From an uncultured Saccharicrinis sp. (GTDB lineage: Bacteria; Bacteroidota; Bacteroidia; Bacteroidales; Marinilabiliaceae), in the NCBI GenBank assembly GCA_964602515.1, contig CAZRRJ010000004.1:152220-216219 (forward strand): DNA of 64,000 bases. Direction: 5' to 3'. Below, piece after piece: positions 61,837 through 64,000 of the stretch. Position numbers and translations under genes: made by a program. A model generated the notes under the pieces. That model saw nothing but the letters and a program-made list of their open reading frames with translations. It was not told where the DNA came from and did no database searches. The number at the start of each line of letters is the position of its first letter. Positions within the stretch are counted from its first letter, which is position 1.

Positions 61837-62823
61837 TTAATTATTTTTTTGAGGAGGCTTTGTTCCTGGTTTCGCTATTGAATCGCGCATTGCCGTATCA
61901 GCCTCAATATTCTTATACTTCAGATAATCCATTACACCCAGATTACCAGTTCGGAAAGCTTCTGCTAATGCCTTGGGAACATCTGCTTCGGCCTCAATAA
62001 CTTTTGCCCGTGCTTCTTGTGCTTTTGCTTTCATTTCCTGCTCCAATGCAACAGCCATAGCCCTGCGCTCTTCTGCTTTCGCCTGTGCAATATTTTTATC
62101 AGCATCAGCCTGATCGATCTGAAGACCTGCACCTATATTTTTACCTATATCGATATCTGCAATATCAATTGAAAGTATTTCGAATGCAGTACCTGCATCA
62201 AGTCCTTTTTCCAAAACAACTTTAGAGATAGAATCCGGATTCTCTAATACAGCCTTATGAGAAACTGAAGAACCAATTGAAGATACAATACCTTCACCCA
62301 CACGAGCTAAAACAGTTTCTTCTCCTGCTCCACCAACTAATTGCTTAATACTTGCACGAACCGTTACTCGGGCCTTTGCTATTAACTGAATACCATCTTT
62401 AGCAACTGCTGCAACCGGAGGTGTATCAATTACCTTAGGATTTACCGACATCTGAACTGCTTCAAAAACATCGCGACCAGCCAGGTCAATTGCTGTTCCC
62501 ATCCGAAAATTTAATTCAATATTAGCTTTTGATGCTGATACAAGTGCATGTACAACATTCTCTACATGTCCTCCTGCTAAATAATGCGCTTCTAATTCAT
62601 CACGCTTCACCTCTGATAAACCAGCCTTCGAAGCTTCAATAAGCGCACGAACAATAACCCCCGGAGGTACCTTACGAATTCGCATTAATACAAGCTGAAT
62701 TAAAGAAATGCGCACACCCGATACCAGTGCCGAAAACCATAGTAAAACAGGCACATAATAAAGGAAAAGAAAAAATACAACAATAACTGCTGCAATTAAG
62801 AAAATTGGAGCTAAACCTGCCAT
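61837..62823 (-). CDS. floA: flotillin-like protein FloA (UPF0365/YqfA family, SPFH domain)
   Basis: N-terminal TM helix, then ..[31 protein letters not shown].., and a C-terminal Ala/Glu-rich coiled coil. Confidence 0.85.
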   Translation of the reverse strand: MAGLAPIFLIAAVIVVFFLFLYYVPVLLWFSALVSGVRISLIQLVLMRIRKVPPGVIVRALIEASKAGLSEVKRDELEAHYLAGGHVENVVHALVSASKANIELNFRMGTAIDLAGRDVFEAVQMSVNPKVIDTPPVAAVAKDGIQLIAKARVTVRASIKQLVGGAGEETVLARVGEGIVSSIGSSVSHKAVLENPDSISKVVLEKGLDAGTAFEILSIDIADIDIGKNIGAGLQIDQADADKNIAQAKAEERRAMAVALEQEMKAKAQEARAKVIEAEADVPKALAEAFRTGNLGVMDYLKYKNIEADTAMRDSIAKPGTKPPQKNN

Positions 62824-62829
62824 TTAATT

Positions 62830-63297
62830 TTAATTTATGGGTTTGACAATTACATATGTTTTATAAACTTCTTTTACAACTACTTTGGTATTTTCATCAA
62901 GAAAATGTCCCGGACATCTTCCTTCTATAATCTCATTATTAACTCTTACTTTGCCAATAGGATTTAAACGAGTAACAGCAACACCCTCATTTCCAACATG
63001 TATAATAGACCCTTTAACTGTAGAAACCTGTCCGCTTACATCTGTTTTTAACATTAGCCTATTCCATGTTTTAGACCGAAAAGAAAGCACCAGCATAATT
63101 ATACCGGTAAACAGCGTACTTATTAAAGCAACACTCCCATACGTTGAACCGTAGCTCTGGTATGCCAGAAAGACACCTCCTGCTGTAAAAACCAAACCAC
63201 CAATAGCAGCAATCGTTACACCTGGAAAAACAAAAAACTCCAGAATAAAAAGAAATAATCCAAGTAGTATAATTAGAATAATAACTAATGCCGACAT
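62830..63297 (-). CDS. NfeD-family membrane protein (OB-fold C-terminus)
   Basis: Three TM helices plus a C-terminal beta-rich domain (..GVAVTRLNPIGKVRVNNEIIEGR..). Sits directly upstream of floA, the classical nfeD-floA pair. Confidence 0.8.
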   Translation of the reverse strand: MSALVIILIILLGLFLFILEFFVFPGVTIAAIGGLVFTAGGVFLAYQSYGSTYGSVALISTLFTGIIMLVLSFRSKTWNRLMLKTDVSGQVSTVKGSIIHVGNEGVAVTRLNPIGKVRVNNEIIEGRCPGHFLDENTKVVVKEVYKTYVIVKPIN

Positions 63298-63306
63298 CTT
63301 TCTTAT

Positions 63307-63582
63307 TTAATCAATTGTAACTGATAAACATTCATTTAATAATTGTTCTTTTATAGCCAGCAGATATTCTTCCTCACCTGTTAATATCTCGCAAGAACCA
63401 GTATAATGCGTTAACATTGCGCATTGTTCAGCCTGAATAGCATCATGCTCACAAAACTCACATAAAACATCAATCACATGCTCAAACGAATTCTCATCAT
63501 CATTATGAAGAATCAAGGAACGCATATCACTTCCACGTCCTTGCATATTAGACTCTTCATTACGTTTACCAAATGAAACCAT
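63307..63582 (-). CDS. clpS: ATP-dependent Clp protease adaptor ClpS
   Basis: LILHNDDENSFEHVIDVL...AEQCAMLTHYTG core. Confidence 0.85.
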   Translation of the reverse strand: MVSFGKRNEESNMQGRGSDMRSLILHNDDENSFEHVIDVLCEFCEHDAIQAEQCAMLTHYTGSCEILTGEEEYLLAIKEQLLNECLSVTID

Positions 63583-63637
63583 ACATAAAAAGTTTCTATA
63601 AATAAAACATTATTTTTCGTAAAAAGCTAATTTCCTA

Positions 63638-64000
63638 TTACTTCAAATCCTCCGTTAAATTAATTTGTTTACCATTTTTAAATACAACTACAAAAGCACC
63701 ATTAAACCCAGCCTCTCTAACCTTAATTAAATCATTTTGAGCATCTGAATAATCAGAGTACTTTCCTGCAAAATACTTCGTTAAATTACGTCCGGGTATC
63801 TCTGTTTTCGAAATCGGTGGAATTTGATTAAGAGCTGTCTCATTTGGTTTATTACGAAACACTCCAATCTGTATTTTAAAGACTAATTTAGTATCATCAG
63901 GCTTGGCAAATGCCTGTTCAACAACTTTTGCCGGTTCTACAGAAACAGCACTACCCTGTAGCTCCTGGTACGTTTTTGGCACATTATTCCGAGGCAAATC
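63638..64000 (-). CDS. SPOR domain-containing protein, C-terminal part (runs off the right edge)
   Basis: FKIQIGVFRNKPN...YFAGKYSDYSDAQNDLIKVREAGFNGAFVVVFKNG is a SPOR fold pattern. The reading frame is open to position 64000, and the track's 'M' at 63997 is a TTG. Confidence 0.7.
   Translation of the reverse strand, partial: DLPRNNVPKTYQELQGSAVSVEPAKVVEQAFAKPDDTKLVFKIQIGVFRNKPNETALNQIPPISKTEIPGRNLTKYFAGKYSDYSDAQNDLIKVREAGFNGAFVVVFKNGKQINLTEDLK

Overview
This 64-kb AT-rich chromosomal segment looks like a Bacteroidota genome. It has a SusC/SusD pair with a FecR-type anti-sigma factor, GLPGLI, NigD-like, DUF3078 and DUF3472 proteins, and TAnnTTTG -7 boxes. All family assignments come from motif recognition by eye; no database search was run.

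Most of the window is ordinary core content:
- corA and asnA
- a four-gene heavy-metal RND efflux operon
- an SDR, a TM2/DUF2752 pair, and a three-gene SurA/PpiD-like chaperone cluster
- a polysaccharide utilisation locus on the minus strand: FecR, SusC-transducer, SusD, GH109-like, DUF3472
- an ABC-F ATPase, a GNAT, DUF3795, a DPP4-like S9 peptidase, MscS, HAD, TRIC
- an M23 / TPR / PIF1-TPR operon, a NigD-like protein, tRNA-Arg
- two GH20 hexosaminidases plus a heparinase II/III-family lyase
- a tRNA-Pro/Pro/Ser cluster, then floA-nfeD, clpS and a partial SPOR-domain gene

Two patches look accessory and decayed:
- 1.3-4.3 kb holds a truncated IS3-like remnant abutting a stop-riddled sirtuin-like pseudogene that sits just downstream of an intact TIR-like ORF.
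- 56.8-61.2 kb is an ORF-poor, strand-skewed tract with IS3-like and ISL3-like remnants and two orphan small genes, ending at the tRNA cluster.

I see no clear-cut novel multi-gene system. The observations most worth following up are:
- the efflux adaptor carrying three HMA-like modules, two of them a near-perfect 303-bp tandem duplication
- the dead TIR/sirtuin cassette
- a ~105-bp direct duplication of the fecR-susC junction, in a locus with no ECF sigma gene
- an ABC-F protein with one coherently degenerate ATP site
- the tRNA-adjacent ORF desert
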